A DNA stretch of 64,000 nucleotides from Saccostrea echinata (GCF_033153115.1 NW_026889785.1:2666001-2730000), one strand, 5' to 3'; shown: positions 25,601-38,311, counted from the stretch's first letter. The notes: generated by a model not told the origin, from the letters alone. Numbers and translations are program-made.

Positions 25601-25693
25601 ATCATAATGAAATAAAGCATTTTAAGAAAATCACAGACTTCCATAAGTGATAACAAGTGAATGATAACATGATTTTCTTTTATTCAATTACAG

Positions 25694-25833
25694 AAGAAAC
25701 AGATATACAGCATATCGTCAGCTTGTTCGTTGGTGTTGGGGCTACACGTGTCACACTTCCCTCTTCTGCTGTTTCAAAGATACACAATTCTTTTAGTTCT
25801 GAAGAGAATCAAGGATTCAGAGACCCTGAATGA
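25694..25833 (+). pseudogene. KolX/P2X7-ballast-like terminal exon
   Basis: After a TTACAG acceptor: RNRYTAYRQLVRWCWGY, a deletion/frameshift, then RVTLPSSAVSKIHNSFSSEENQGFRDPE*. Confidence 0.75.
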
Positions 25834-26299
25834 GTAAGCCACTTCATAAATTTGGATTTAAAAAAAAATCACCTCACTATCAACTTTTACTATCATTTTT
25901 CAAGACAAAATTTTAAGTATACATAACATAAATTTTATTAATGAAAACTAAATGTTTAAACACAGGATACAGGAAACAACCTTGCCCCAACACAACACAC
26001 AAAAGAAAACATATGCACAGTCTCACAATACAAGAGAAAAGCATTTCAAAATAATTGACAAAACACCTGCCTTGTGTAAATATTACAATAAAATTTATAA
26101 AAGCATCAGCTACAAAAAAATTTTTGAGTGCCTATGTAAATTTTTCAGGCACCCAGGAATGGGATGTGGACCCTGCTTCTTTGTTCCCTTTTCTTTTTTA
26201 ATTTTTTTTACCTGTAAATATACAAGTGAATACTAACTATAACACTATTTATACAATTATTTACAAACAGACTATGACAAACTACTACATAACTATTTT

Positions 26300-26529
26300 T
26301 TACAGTTTTATATGTATCAGGGTTAGATTCTCTTTTACAGATGTCTCCTTCCTCCCAAACCGAGACTGGAAATTAAACTCTGCTTCCTCTTTTTCAGGGT
26401 GAAGAAAACCACTGCACAGAGGAGGTGGCTGTAACTGATTCAAGCAGAGTGCAGGTGGAAAGCAGGGTGCTGGTGTCTGGGATGCCTCCACATATCGCAG
26501 AGTCTCGGTCATCAAAGCAGATGCATACC
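26300..26529 (-). pseudogene. Kolobok-like transposase terminal exon
   Basis: TTTCAG acceptor, then YASALMTETL...PPPLCSGFLHPEKEEAEFNFQSRF, resembling the PPPL.S....P.KEEA....SRF C-terminus of Kolobok transposases; convergent with the KolX-like exon. Confidence 0.65.
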
Positions 26530-26590
26530 CTGAAATGCATAGACAATACATAAAACTTGTATAACATTAAGGAATCGATCTCTTGATAAA

Positions 26591-26883
26591 GCCTGCGTGG
26601 CGCAGTGGAAAGAGCGTCTGCCTTATAGTCGCGGAGTAAGGAGTTGATCCGTGCGCCCTGGGTTCGAATCCTACTGTGGGACTTGGAGACCGTTCCTTCG
26701 GATGAGACCGTATAAACCAAAGTCCCGTGTCGCAGTAGGTGCTGGCACGAAAACGACCCCTCACTGCTCAATGGCCATGATTGCCGAGTATAGGTCAAAA
26801 TTTGTAGCCCTCAAACGGCAAGTAGTGGCGTTTCCATATGAGTGAAAAATTCTCGAGGGACGTTAAACAACAAACGAACAAAA
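26591..26883 (+). mobile_element. tRNA-derived SINE subfamily 1, full length
   Basis: A-box TGGCGCAGTGG, B-box GGTTCGAATCC, central TCGGATGAGAC..AAACC..GTCC segment (Deu/Nin-domain-like), AAC-rich tail; 13-bp TSD ATCT(C/T)TTGATAAA at 26578-26590 and 26884-26896. Confidence 0.9.
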
Positions 26884-27310
26884 ATCTTTTGATAAAAACA
26901 AGTATCATTTCTCATGTTTTGCTTGGAATTGAATAAAAATTGAATTTAACATATTCTGCTATTTTTAATTTTTTTTTTTTTTTTTTTTTTTTGGTTGTTC
27001 AATTTTTAAATGAGGGAGTGCCCCCCCCCCTCCCCAACACAGAATCCCCGACTCTGGGGCCTTGAAATTTACAATTTTTTTTTTCAAAGAAGGTGCCTAA
27101 ATAAAAGCATTAAATGCAGCTGTTTTATGTGGTGGAACATAAATGTTAGTCATGGTGGATCCTGACAGGGCGACGTGCAACTCTTTCACCTTCAATTTCA
27201 TGAGGATCATCAATGGCTTGTGTTGGGCTAAATGATTGAAGGGTCTGAGTTTGTATGGCTAACCGTCTCTGCTTTTTATCCACCATGCCAACAATTTCAC
27301 AATCAAGCGA

Positions 27311-27355
<45 letters not shown>

Positions 27356-27381
27356 GAAATTTGTACGTTGTCTGTCGTTGG

Positions 27382-27424
<43 letters not shown>

Positions 27425-27466
27425 TACTGGGTCGATTTCAATCAAACTTGGCACAAAGTATCCTTG

Positions 27467-27509
<43 letters not shown>

Positions 27510-28065
27510 CCTCCAAGGGGAGATAATTACAAAATAGCAAAACATTAATGGCATTATTGAAAAATCTTCTCCTCATGAACCAATGGGCCAGGAAAGATGA
27601 AACTCATGTGAAATTATTGTCAGGTAGTGTCGATTCAAGTTTGTTCAAATGAAGACCCCCGGGGGTAGGGTGGAGCCACAATGGACGATCAAAGTATAAC
27701 TTAGGTGTATAAAGGAAAAATCTTCAAAAATCTTTTTCTCAAGAACAGCAAAGCAATAATTGGTAATATTTATGTGGAAGTATCCTCAGGCGGTGTGGGT
27801 TCAAGTTTGTTCAAATCATGACCTCCAGGGGTAGGGTGGGGCCACATGAAAGTTCAAACTTGAAGAGAAAAATGTAACAGTCAAAAAATTATGTTAGCAT
27901 TCTAAGTTGTGTAGATTTAACTTTGTTCAAATCATACCCCCACTCATTTTTAGGGGTAGGTTGGGACCACTTATGCATTTAAGCTTTTCAATACTTAACT
28001 GATTTTTTTCGTTTTTCCTAGCCACAGTGTTCAGGTGAGCGATGTGGCCCCTGGGCCTCTTGTTT
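27311..28065 (+). mobile_element. HINE family B (Cg_HINE-like), full length
   Basis: TTTTTAGCTCACCTGAGCCGAAGGCTCAAGTGAGCT 5' stem-loop, internal TTCAAGTTTGTTCAAAT repeats about 160 bp apart, 3' TCAGGTGAGC + GGCCCCTGGGCC + TCTTGTTT. Confidence 0.92.
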
Positions 28066-28079
28066 GATGCGTACAATAT

Positions 28080-29496
28080 CAGACCTGTTTACCCATATTG
28101 TTTTCTCTCAGTATTTGTTTTCAGATATGTCAGTGAGATTTGGCATTTGTCCGTAATATTCACTTTCCATCGATTTTACATATATTGCAAGAGAACAACT
28201 AAATTTTTGATTACCAAAACATGGTTTAACAAGAAAACATTGATGTAACCATCAATTGTCGACCGGGAAATAAATAAAGTAAACAATGGAAATGAGTCTT
28301 GATCATCAAACCGCTTCGATATGTGTGAAAAAGGCATGCGTCTAGATGATGGAGACGATAGTCGAGAATATTTTGAAAACTTATAGTCGGATGAAAATCG
28401 AATAAAAACGATACCCTTTTAAACTTTATCAATTCCTCAAGTAAATGTTGGCTGCATAAAATATAAATTGAAACCAGACACATGCATCACCTATTTTCAA
28501 AAATGTCTTTCACTTTAAGAATATAAAATACGAACTGTTTAAAGTACGTTTTTATGCGATAAGTAAAATTTGATGTTCTAAAAAAGGGGACCTGTTGTTT
28601 TTTCGATAGTAAATGATAAGCAACTTTATATATTAAATATGAAAAACATATATATTTTTACAGATTCACTTTATGGAAGTAAATATATTGTGTATCCCGT
28701 AATTTATAAAGGGAAAGAACATTCTGATTAACAATCTTTTTAATGTTTAGAAAACCTTTAATTCTAATCCCCATATACCAACACTTAAACTTATATTTAT
28801 AGAGCAGCCCGGTCCTCAATAACATTATACCTTGCTTTCTTTCGAGGGGTTTCTGTCATTTTTTTTAAACCACCGCGTTTCGGCAACCCGACATCACTGA
28901 AGAGTTTGAATCTTTCTCTTTGTTACCGGCCGCCAGGAAGCGGTCGGTTATTTGATATGAAAGTTTTAAGTAGCCGTGCGTTTCTGCGGAGCTAAAACAA
29001 ATAAAAGTATTTAACATTCTTATAGAATATTAATCAACAGTCTCTAAATGTGTAACAAAAAACGCACAATAATTATAAAATTAAAAAAATGAATAAATAA
29101 TGGCGTAAATATTTTATCTGATCGAATACTGATTGACGAATTTTGAAGTGCGGAGAATCCTATCAGAACACCTGTTTTGCATTATCTAAAGCAAAGACCA
29201 AGATATATATAATCAACATTACTTTCTCAGTTTAAACAGGATTTATTATATTTGTTATAAAATGGCGTAAAATAAACATCTCATATGGGAATTAAAAAAA
29301 AAAGTTTTGACTTCTTAAAAGACAAAATACAGGTTGATACGAAATGTTTGCTCCAACAAACGTGGATTAAGCGCGTTTTACAATGTGCCAAGATTTTCCC
29401 GCCACATCTCGACACCATAACAAAGAAACTGAAAGAAGAAATGCAGTGGTGGATCTAAAGGGGGTTGTTGGGGTTTCAACTCTCCTTTAGATTTGC

Positions 29497-29538
<42 letters not shown>

Positions 29539-29931
29539 TCCCAAATATTTGTTTTGTTTACTATTAAAGTAAAATATTCCGTGAAACGCAAATTATGTAT
29601 GAGAAAGATTCACTTGTTGAAAATGAAATCCGCACCTGCAATGTCACATGCAATGTTTTATGTCAACAGGTTATATTAACAGATTAATATCAGATATGTT
29701 AAAAACAGATCACGCATTTCAGTTTCTTCCTCAGAAAAGAGACAATTGGTTTGCGGCCGATTTTTTTACGCATGCGTCAATATGTTTCTTGTTAGCGATT
29801 AAAAAGCGTCAAACTGAGACATATCACAACGAAAACTAACTGCTGAAATCCAAACGACAGATTTCTGTATTTTCATTATAGCAAAACGTGAGACTCGAAA
29901 TACAGCGAAATCGTAAGAGTAAACAGGTCTG
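28080..29931. mobile_element. Non-autonomous TIR DNA transposon with 6-bp TSD (long copy, extra internal sequence including about 28926-29790)
   Basis: Ends CAGACCTGTTTAC / GTAAACAGGTCTG; CAATAT at 28074-28079 and 29932-29937; both arms homologous to 16708-17126. Confidence 0.85.
29502..29534. repeat. (AG)n microsatellite
   Basis: About 16 perfect AG units. Confidence 0.95.
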
Positions 29932-30689
29932 CAATATTCTGGCGCATATTACCCATAATGCATTAGAAGGTTTTAACTTCCAGGTTTAGATTGTGCACTG
30001 CCATTACAAATTCTGCATTTGTTCAACATATTACAAGCAGCCGAAATAATCAACAAGTGGTTTCTCTCTTTCTTCACTGTGACATCTTTACTTGCGATGA
30101 CTGGTCCCAAGTTTTCAATTAATTTCTCTTATGGTAGTATTTACTGCTGTTGATACTTTTTTTTGTCATTTCATATTCTAAGTGTCAAATTCTTGAATTT
30201 ATAGGACTGATCAATCTCTATCAGAGATAATTGGTCGGTCAGTCCAACGGATGCACTGTCATATGCTATAATGCATTCACGATTCTTTAGTGATTTGCCA
30301 GAAATTTTCACGATCCATTATACTATGGCCGAACACTCTCCCAAAGATTGCATCTCATTTACCTTCGTTGGAAAGGAAATCTATATAAAACAAATTCCAA
30401 TGAATCACAACCTCAAAGTGACAGCGCAGTACTGCAAACACGCTTCCATGAAGGTATAGCCTCGTTCTCACCAACTGAGATATCGAACCTGAATTTCTGT
30501 GAAACCCGATCACAATTGAAATGTAGTTTTTAGGTTTCTAGAATAATCATATATAACTATGTCAAAAAATGCGGCCCAGTATAATATAATGCTATTTACA
30601 TATTCTTCAGGTAAATCAATGCATGTTGTCCTGTTTAATTTTATTTTATGATATGTTTCCTGCAATTAGAAACCATGATTTAAGTAAAC

Positions 30690-31022
30690 ATTGAGCCCCC
30701 TATTTTCTGGACTATCATACCCCTTTACACATGATTTGAACAAATTTTAATCAACACTATTTAAAAAAGTTTTCAGAAAAATAAGGTTCTAAAGTAGAAG
30801 CTTTTCAAAATGACCACACCCTATTTTGGCCTTTTCTTGATTATATCCCCTTGGAAGGGGACACTGCCCTTCATTTGAACAAATTTGAATTCCCTTCACT
30901 CCAGGGTACTTTGTGGTAAATTTGATTGAAATGAGTGGTTCTTGAGAAAAGTTGAAAATGTGAAAAGTTTATCCATGACGACGGACGAAAACAGTTGGCA
31001 ACAGGTCACCTGAGTGACTCAG
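30690..31022 (-). mobile_element. HINE (B/C-like) 5' fragment in reverse orientation
   Basis: The reverse complement reads CTGAGTCACTCAGGTGACC...TCGTCCGTCGTC..AAACTTTTCACATTTTCAACTT..GTTCAAATGAAGGG. Confidence 0.7.
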
Positions 31023-31162
31023 CCAGTCGCAGTGACTCAGGCAGTCGCAGTGACTCAGGGGACCTACAAAGTCCTCATTTTTAAGTGGAAAAATAGAATT
31101 TCTGTGTGTTGGACAAAAAGCCAACCAAATTTGTTCTCACGCCGCAGCTGTTGCCGAGATTT

Positions 31163-31441
31163 TTTGATTGTATGTTGTTTAACGTCCTGTTTGACTTCAC
31201 CATATACCGGTGAAGGGCTTCAAATTTTAGACCTTTACTCGGCACTTAGGGTCATCAAGCAGTGAGGGATCTTTATCGTGCCAACGCCAACCGTGACACG
31301 GGGCCTAGGTTTTAAAGGTATTATCCGAAGGACTGGCAACTATCACTCCATAGTGCCGAGCGCTTGGAGAAGGAACAGTTGCCACCTATTTTTTTTTATC
31401 GACTTCAGCCAGTCGCAGCCGTGATTCGAACACACGACTTC
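31163..31441 (-). mobile_element. SINE subfamily 2, degenerate copy
   Basis: Colinear with 61609-61961 (CCATATACCGGTGAAGGGCTTCAAATTTT...GATTCGAAC). Confidence 0.85.
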
Positions 31442-31566
31442 TACAGACTGGGCGTCCGTGACAGTGTTGGTTGCCGAAAAAGAATGTTAGATTTTTATGT
31501 TAGTCCAAACAGAATTTTACAAGCCCAAATCAAGAGTAATATCAATTCAACAATTCAACTCAAGCA

Positions 31567-31668
31567 CTCTTTCTAACTCAGTCATGTCAATGTCAGCTGA
31601 AGCTCTTTCTAACTCAGTCATGTCAATGTCAGCTGAAGCTCTTTCTAACTCAGTCATGTCAATGTCAG
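31567..31668. repeat. 36-bp tandem repeat, about 2.8 identical copies
   Basis: CTCTTTCTAACTCAGTCATGTCAATGTCAGCTGAAG at 31567, 31603 and 31639. Confidence 0.95.
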
Positions 31669-32075
31669 ATTCTTCAAAATCTTCATACTCTGATTCTTCC
31701 AGTTCTTAATCATCCTAAAAATATAAAAGCAAAGGTTGCCCCATGTTCGTATAAATCTGTAAAAAATATATAAAGCGTAATAAAGGTAAATGATGAATAC
31801 CTCCCCACCAAAATCTACAAATAGGATGACTATAAATGACTATATCAGTATCAGGAATGAGACCAACATCGCGTTTCTGTATGATCAACATTTTATGCAG
31901 AAACCACTTTAATTCATTGAAAGGATTAAACCAATAAAGATTTGAAAAGTTTGCTTTGGTAGGTACTGACAAAAATGAAAATAAAAAAAATCACCTTTTT
32001 TCATGTTTCCATGGCAAAGGTAGCCATTTAAAAATTTTATAATGTGGACTGAACAAATAGAGTGTCTAATCATAA

Positions 32076-32561
32076 TTATACCCCCAATCCGAAGGAGAAG
32101 GGGATGTACTGTTTTACCTTTGTGTCTGTCTGTGTTTCCGACCGTAACAAATTTTCGTCACAGTTTTCTCAGCAACTGCTCATCGCAGATTCTTGAAATT
32201 TTTAGCACACTCTTTGTTTAAGCATATCATATAGTGGGATTCATCTCTGTTGCAATCCGATGTCAACTTCCTGTTTATCCGTGCGTCTATCCGTATCGAA
32301 TTTTTGTCACAGTTTTCTCAGCAACTACTCATCGCAGATGGATAAAATTGTAGTTCACTCATTGCTTAGGCATGTCGTGTGGTGGTCTGTCTAACAAATT
32401 TCCGTCGCAGTTTTCCCAGCAACTACCCATTGCAGATGCTCGATATTTTAGCATATTCCTTCTTTTGGCATATCAAATAGTGGGGTCGTCAACATGAGAG
32501 GGTATATTCATATCAGAGCGGGGGTATTACTAGTGAGCATTCGCTCAATGACTTCTTGTTT
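32076..32561 (+). mobile_element. HINE family E
   Basis: subTIR ATACCCCC / GGGGGTAT, (GTCT)n microsatellite, three CAGTTTTC.CAGCAACT.C.CAT.GCAGAT repeats, 3' TGAGC-attc-GCTCA hairpin and CTTGTTT end. Confidence 0.75.
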
Positions 32562-32742
32562 CTCTCAATTTTCATCACAATTGTCCAAGCCACCTCGGAG
32601 AACATTTGCGTATATTAACCTTTTTCCCTTTCTTTTATTCCTAACGCAACTTTTTGCAAAAGATTCCATTTTGTCACATAGAAATAACATTGACAGAATG
32701 TCAGGAACAATCCTTAAAAGATTCAAAATATTGCCAGAGTAG

Positions 32743-32955
32743 TTCGTTTGTTTATATGTCGTCTAACGCCCCTCTCGAGAATTTTTCACTCATATGAAGA
32801 CGCCAACACTTCCCCGTGGAGGGCTGCAAATTTATAGTTATACTCGGCACTCAGGGCTATTGAGCAGTGAGGGATCTTTTCGTGCCAACCCTACTGCGAC
32901 ATGGCACATTGGTTAATACAGTCTCATCTGAAGGACTGGTCTCCACGTCCCGCAG
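32743..32955 (-). mobile_element. SINE subfamily 1, 3' part
   Basis: CCCTCTCGAGAATTTTTCACTCATAT...GAGCAGTGAGGGATCTTTTCGTGCCA is the reverse complement of 25400-25595. Confidence 0.85.
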
Positions 32956-33823
32956 TAAAAAGTATGAAAAAAAAAATCAAACTTAAGTCTAACACCGCTT
33001 TCGCATGCTCATCAGTAGATTTGAAATTATAAACAAATTACATTATGGAATCATTCTCGCGACGTTATGTAGGGAACGTTAAACATAAGTGGTGCATTAA
33101 GCGACACGGGTTTTAATCCTAACAAACTGAATGCCTAGAGTTGGCGTCTCGTGTCAAACAGGAAGGAAGAGCTATTTTACTCCTGTAGTAACCCCCTTAT
33201 TCGTGTTTGTACATTCCAAGATATCATCATTGTAAAAGAGGGGATAAATTGTCAGAGCCCCATGGAGACAACATGCTGTTGGTATCCTTTTATTTAATGC
33301 ATTTAATAAAATTCTGAAAAAATGGCTGCAATTCTAATGCCTAATACAAAGAATATGATGAATTTCGAAATATATATGCATTTGATTTTAGTCATGGAGG
33401 AACGTGGTAACTAATGACACATTATCAAAATAGTTTATTATTTATAACAGAAATTCCCCAGATGTTCGAATCAGTTTGTTGTTATTGTGGAAAAAATGAA
33501 GACATGGCAGACAATGATAAGTAATTTAACATCTGACCTGTCTGTATTGGTTGTTTTGCCCTTCGCAGGGAATCGCCTCAAAAGCATAAAAAATAAAATG
33601 AAATTCATGTACAAAAAATAAAGTTGAAAAAAAACCGGATTTTTTAAATTTCCTCCTCGTACAGGACTTAATAATTCTGTGGTTCGTAAAACAAAAAAAA
33701 AAATAAATAAATTAAAAAAATGCTGGTCTAGATGTTTTCAAAGTAAAAATGTGTTGCATTGCAATTTGAAAACACTTACGTGAAAATGTAAAGTACATTT
33801 TGTAATAATTAAAGTGAAACTTA

Positions 33824-34272
33824 TTATTAGTCCCCTACCGGTGAAACCGGAGGAGATTATAGGTTTCCTCTGAGTCTGTCTAGCTGTCCCTCTGTCAGTC
33901 TGTCCCGCTTGGTTTTCCGCACTTTTTTCTAGACGCATGCAGATATTGAGCTGATTTTTTGGTATGCGAGTGAATCTTGATGAGTTACAGATCAAGTTTG
34001 CATTTCGTCCCGCTTCAATGATTTTTGACGGAATTACGACCTTTTCAATTTTTCAGGGGTTTCTGCGATTTTTTTCTAAACGTTTGCAGATATTGAGCTG
34101 ATTTTTGGTATGTGACTTTACCTTGAGAAGTTATAGATCAAGTTTGCATTTCGTTCCGCTTCATTGATTTTTGATGATATTATGGCATTTCCAATTTTTA
34201 ACGGGAACCAGATTACACTTGCCGGTAGGGGACTAGTATTGCTAATGCAATACTCTCAGAATGCTTGCTTTT
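33824..34272 (+). mobile_element. HINE family D, full length
   Basis: Perfect 13-bp subTIR AGTCCCCTACCGG (33829-33841) / CCGGTAGGGGACT (34222-34234); AGTATTGC-taat-GCAATACT hairpin; two internal repeats of about 148 bp. Confidence 0.88.
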
Positions 34273-34480
34273 TAAAATAAACATTTAATAATTTCAGCCC
34301 CCTCCCCCGATTCCAAAGTTCTCGATGTATTGCTAGAGAAATTAGATTTGATGCTTGACAATTCAAGTGCTCTATTTTAAGGATTAATAATTTAGGTTAT
34401 GTTAAGGATGTATGAACTGTAAAAGCTTCATATTTCACCGTAAAAGCAAGGGAATGATATCTTTATCCCCTGTCTTCTAT

Positions 34481-35030
34481 TTAATATGGAAAGGAAAAGT
34501 GTCTTAACATGAGTGGATTGTCCCCCGTCTCTCTTTGGATGACTGCTCTTTGCTTGTAAGTTAATGCTGATAAGAAACATGAGCCCAGATTGAAAGTCTT
34601 GTCAATTCCTATGATGCTGCCTCCACCAATACAGTTGGCCTTCATGTCTTCATTTGGTCCTTCGTGTACAATATGGTAATAAGTCACTTTTAGTAAAAAT
34701 CATTTGTATCAAGTCCGAGTTCTGATGTGAGCACAAAACTTGACAGATTTCTTCTGCCACATTCAGGGGTTTCATTGGTGCCTCCTTTTTGGTTTCTCTA
34801 TATTTTTGTTCCTGCTTTGTTTTGAGTTGCGGTGGTGCTTGAAAAGAGTCGTTTTACTCATCTCAATATCCTCAGTGAGTCCCTTTTCCTTTTCCTTGAG
34901 AAGTTCGTACGCCTTTTGTGTATAACAGGATTTGTCTTTATATAGTTTTCTCCTTTTTCTTTTGAATTTCCATGAGGAATGATGGTCTCTTTTGAACTTC
35001 CCAACAATAACATAATAAATTTTATCCCAA
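34481..35030 (-). pseudogene. Mutator-like (MULE) transposase remnant
   Basis: IPHGNSK, RNSKQSRNKK and IIGIDKTFNLGSCFLSALTYK...RETGDNPLML motifs in disrupted frames. Confidence 0.55.
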
Positions 35031-35572
35031 TTGTGGATGGAACTTACTCAAAAAATGAAATCTTTTTCTTGAATATCTTGTGTTTTGTGTAGTAGCTATG
35101 AATTTGGACTTTTTTCAGTGAAGAATATAAAAATGTCCTTGATCTTAATGGGAATAAGTAATATGTTCTTCACCAACATGAAAATAAATAATCTTACTCA
35201 GTAAAATTTGCCCCCCCCCCCTCTCAGAATCAAATGGTCGCCCCCTTAGAGCAATTCAAAAATATATGCTCTCCCTGTTTCAAGAATTTTGATAATACAT
35301 TAAACAATGATCAAACTTATAAGATATCCATGATAACTAATCTTATTTTGATCTGGATTTAGACTAACCAACGTTTGATGGAGGTGATGGTAAATATATT
35401 AGTAGAGAAATTGTTTTCTTTCTTATGGTTTTCTTTTATTTTTCTTATGTTTTTTTTTTCATATGATTAGAGGAGTTTCCAAAATGAAACCTAATATTTA
35501 CAATTTTGCTTGATATACCTTTTGCTCAAATCCTTGGAGGGAAACCCTCTCTTTATTTGTTTTTATTGATAA

Positions 35573-35813
35573 ACCGGTCATGGTAACCAAGTGGTAGAGC
35601 GCTCGCTTCGTGATTGGGAGGTAAGTCCGGGTTCGATTCTCGTTCGCGGTGCCGCGTCAAACCTAAGAAGTGACTGTTCCTTCGCTAAGCGCCCGGCACA
35701 AGAAGTGGAAGTCTCAAGTCTTTCGGATGAGATCTTAAAAACGAGGTCCCCTGTCACGGTAGGAGTTAGCACTATAAAGAACCCTCATTGGTCCTGAGTG
35801 CCAAATATAGGTG
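35573..35813 (+). mobile_element. SINE related to subfamily 2, 3'-truncated
   Basis: tRNA-like head GTGGTAGAGCGCTCGCTTCGTG..GGTTCGATTC and body TTTCGGATGAGA..AAACGAGGTCCC..TAAAGAACCCTCA. Confidence 0.85.
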
Positions 35814-36349
35814 TAAGCGCAAGCTGGCTCCTAATCAGAAAAATTTAGTTGCTAATGCAAATTTTTAGTCGCCTGAGTTCTGTGTACATGACGCGTTGAA
35901 AAAATTCGTTTGCACGTGCGTTACTAAATCAACAAACAAGGTGACAAAGAAAACTCAAGACAATTTCTTATCTCCTCCTTAGAAAAAAAAAAGAAAATAT
36001 TATAGTTCCAGAATTTCACGATCGCCAAGTCACTTTTAAATGGTCGCCAATTTGGGGACTTATAGAAAAAATTTTAATCTTCACACATCAGACGAGAGGG
36101 CTGACCGCCAAGGATGACGGTAGTGATTTAATGCTTCGCAATTTTTGAAACCGGAATTATGATGGAAAAGTCCGTAAGTCAGTTAGGAAATCAAATACAG
36201 GTTTAAAATTCTTTGGGAAGTATGACATTCGATCTACCGGAACTAAAAATTGAACCTATTATTGGTTTCGATATAGACGATATTTTCGACATAATGGAGA
36301 CCGAGTTGAGTGCGTCAATTTCCGAGGTAAAGACAAGAGACGAAAAATG

Positions 36350-37670
36350 AAAGGTTTACAAATATCCGACCGACCCTTTGATAAACTCTCAAAAAATCCC
36401 AACACGCAAAAATACTAAATAGGCAATTTAAACGTTAAAGGAGTGGCATTGTCCACTTTTGACCGAGATGAACAGCGAAAGTCTAAATTTTGGATTTAAA
36501 AATTGACGTGCAATTTTTTTTGAATACCATTAATTTCAGGAGTACCAAGGACAACCCTCTCTTAGTTAGCCAAACAATTTCGCAATTATGATCAACGTGG
36601 ACTGTTTTCAGCCTCATAAACGCAGAAGCGACTATTCTGTGGGAGTCGTTTATTTAGTGTTCCTGAACCTGCCATGATCTCTAGGATTTAAAATAAAAAA
36701 TGTTTGCCTTCTGGGAATTTTACCAGCCATGAAGTTTGAACTTCTTTAAAAGAAATGCAAATTCTTTCGAGGGGAATTCAGATATTTCTTAAAGGAAAAG
36801 ACCCCGTCAAAATACATTAACTATGTGCTGCTTCAGATATTTCTGCTGCTAGAAAATTGTCTGGCCACATGAGACATGCTGTAATTAAAGGCTGTTCATT
36901 TTGAGGAATCTCTTCAAGGAACAAGATGGTATAAGTATGTAGGGCCTGTAGATCTAAATTGGTGTACACATACCAGAGCTCAGCATATTTAGTGGGCAAG
37001 TAAGATAGAGAATGCAGAATCGTACACACAGCAGAAACTTATTCAGAAACAAAGTGGCTACCAGTTCTTAAAATTACTGCCATATACTTCATACCATCAA
37101 ATTTTTCGGTTGTTGTACCTATGCACAATTTATTTTTGAGAACTGCCAAAAATGTTTTTGTTATCGAGGTGATAATTTCCTCAGCAGACTTGATCTGGAA
37201 GCAGTTAGTGAAAGCGTATTTAAAATGATTTTTTTTATTTTAAGAGGTCTCCTCCTTTCAAATATTGCATCAAACCATGGACAGTTCACTGCTGAAGAAT
37301 GGAAGAACTGGGTGCTAGTTTACTCTGAAATGTTTACCCCTTCCAACAGAGCATTTGAAGGCCTGGCAGAAGTTTTTTCCGACACATTAAATAATTTGTC
37401 AACCTGCCATCCAAAGCAAGCAAAGATTACAGATTGCCCATACACTTTTTTTGAATTTTTCAAAGGACATTGGGCAGCTTTATTTATCTCCAAGGTCATT
37501 TGAAAGAAACAATTGAAAATCATGGCTGTTTATATGAATTCTGGGCTTTCAGTTTTGAAAGGTACAAAGCGAATTTGGCAGATTTTTCTGCCAACAAAAG
37601 AACCATAGAAATTCAAATAATAAGCAAAGTTGCACTGCTGACTTACAGTACAAAAACTTTGAGGGTTTGA
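36350..37670 (+). pseudogene. CACTA/EnSpm transposase (TnpD/Transposase_21-like) pseudogene
   Basis: INVDCFQPHKRRSDYSVGVVYLVFLNLP*SLGFKIKNVCLLGILP; CAASDISAARKLSGH; PMHNLFLRTAK; FTAEEWKNWVLVYS; HLKETIENHGCLYEFWAFSFERY; many stops and frameshifts. Confidence 0.85.
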
Positions 37671-38311
37671 ATGTAATGCTCTCTATGTCGTCATTGCTCT
37701 CTTCTACACAAAGTTATAAAGATCATCAACAAAAAAGCTTCGGCACAAGGGCAATTTGAAGCAGAATATTCCAAGGATTTGTGATATTGTTTCACAAATG
37801 TCGACATATCAATTGTTTAGTTACTATTTGTAAAGTTTTGAGTTGAAACGGGGTAAAAATTCACAGTCCAGTGTTTCCTTAAATTTTTATCAAACAAAAA
37901 AGTGCATAGGATTTGTTCAGCACTTTTATTGATCTTAGAATATTGTTCTTAGAATTATACATCATTTACTTAAAATTAAATAGGGCATGTCCTTGAGCTA
38001 GAGCCGTTTTTTGATGTTTTATAACTTTGAGTACTAAAGAATAATGACGTCATAATATGACGTCATAATTTGCACTAGCTATAACATGCCTTTGGAACTA
38101 AGTATATATAAGAAAATGAGTTTAAACTTTCTCTGTATAATAAATATATCTCTTTTGCATTTTTATTAGCTCATTTGCATAGAAACACCTATACCTAGCC
38201 TTAAATCACTTGCGAACGCAAGTAACGGCATCATTGGAACATAAGAGAACAAACATCATTCACATTTTAAACATCCAAAATTAGTCAACAATATACATGT
38301 AGGAATATGTC

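Noticed and set aside
38044-38066. Tandem TGACGTCA (CRE) sites as a promoter
   Set aside because: No adjacent gene; such palindromes are common in non-autonomous DNA-transposon interiors.
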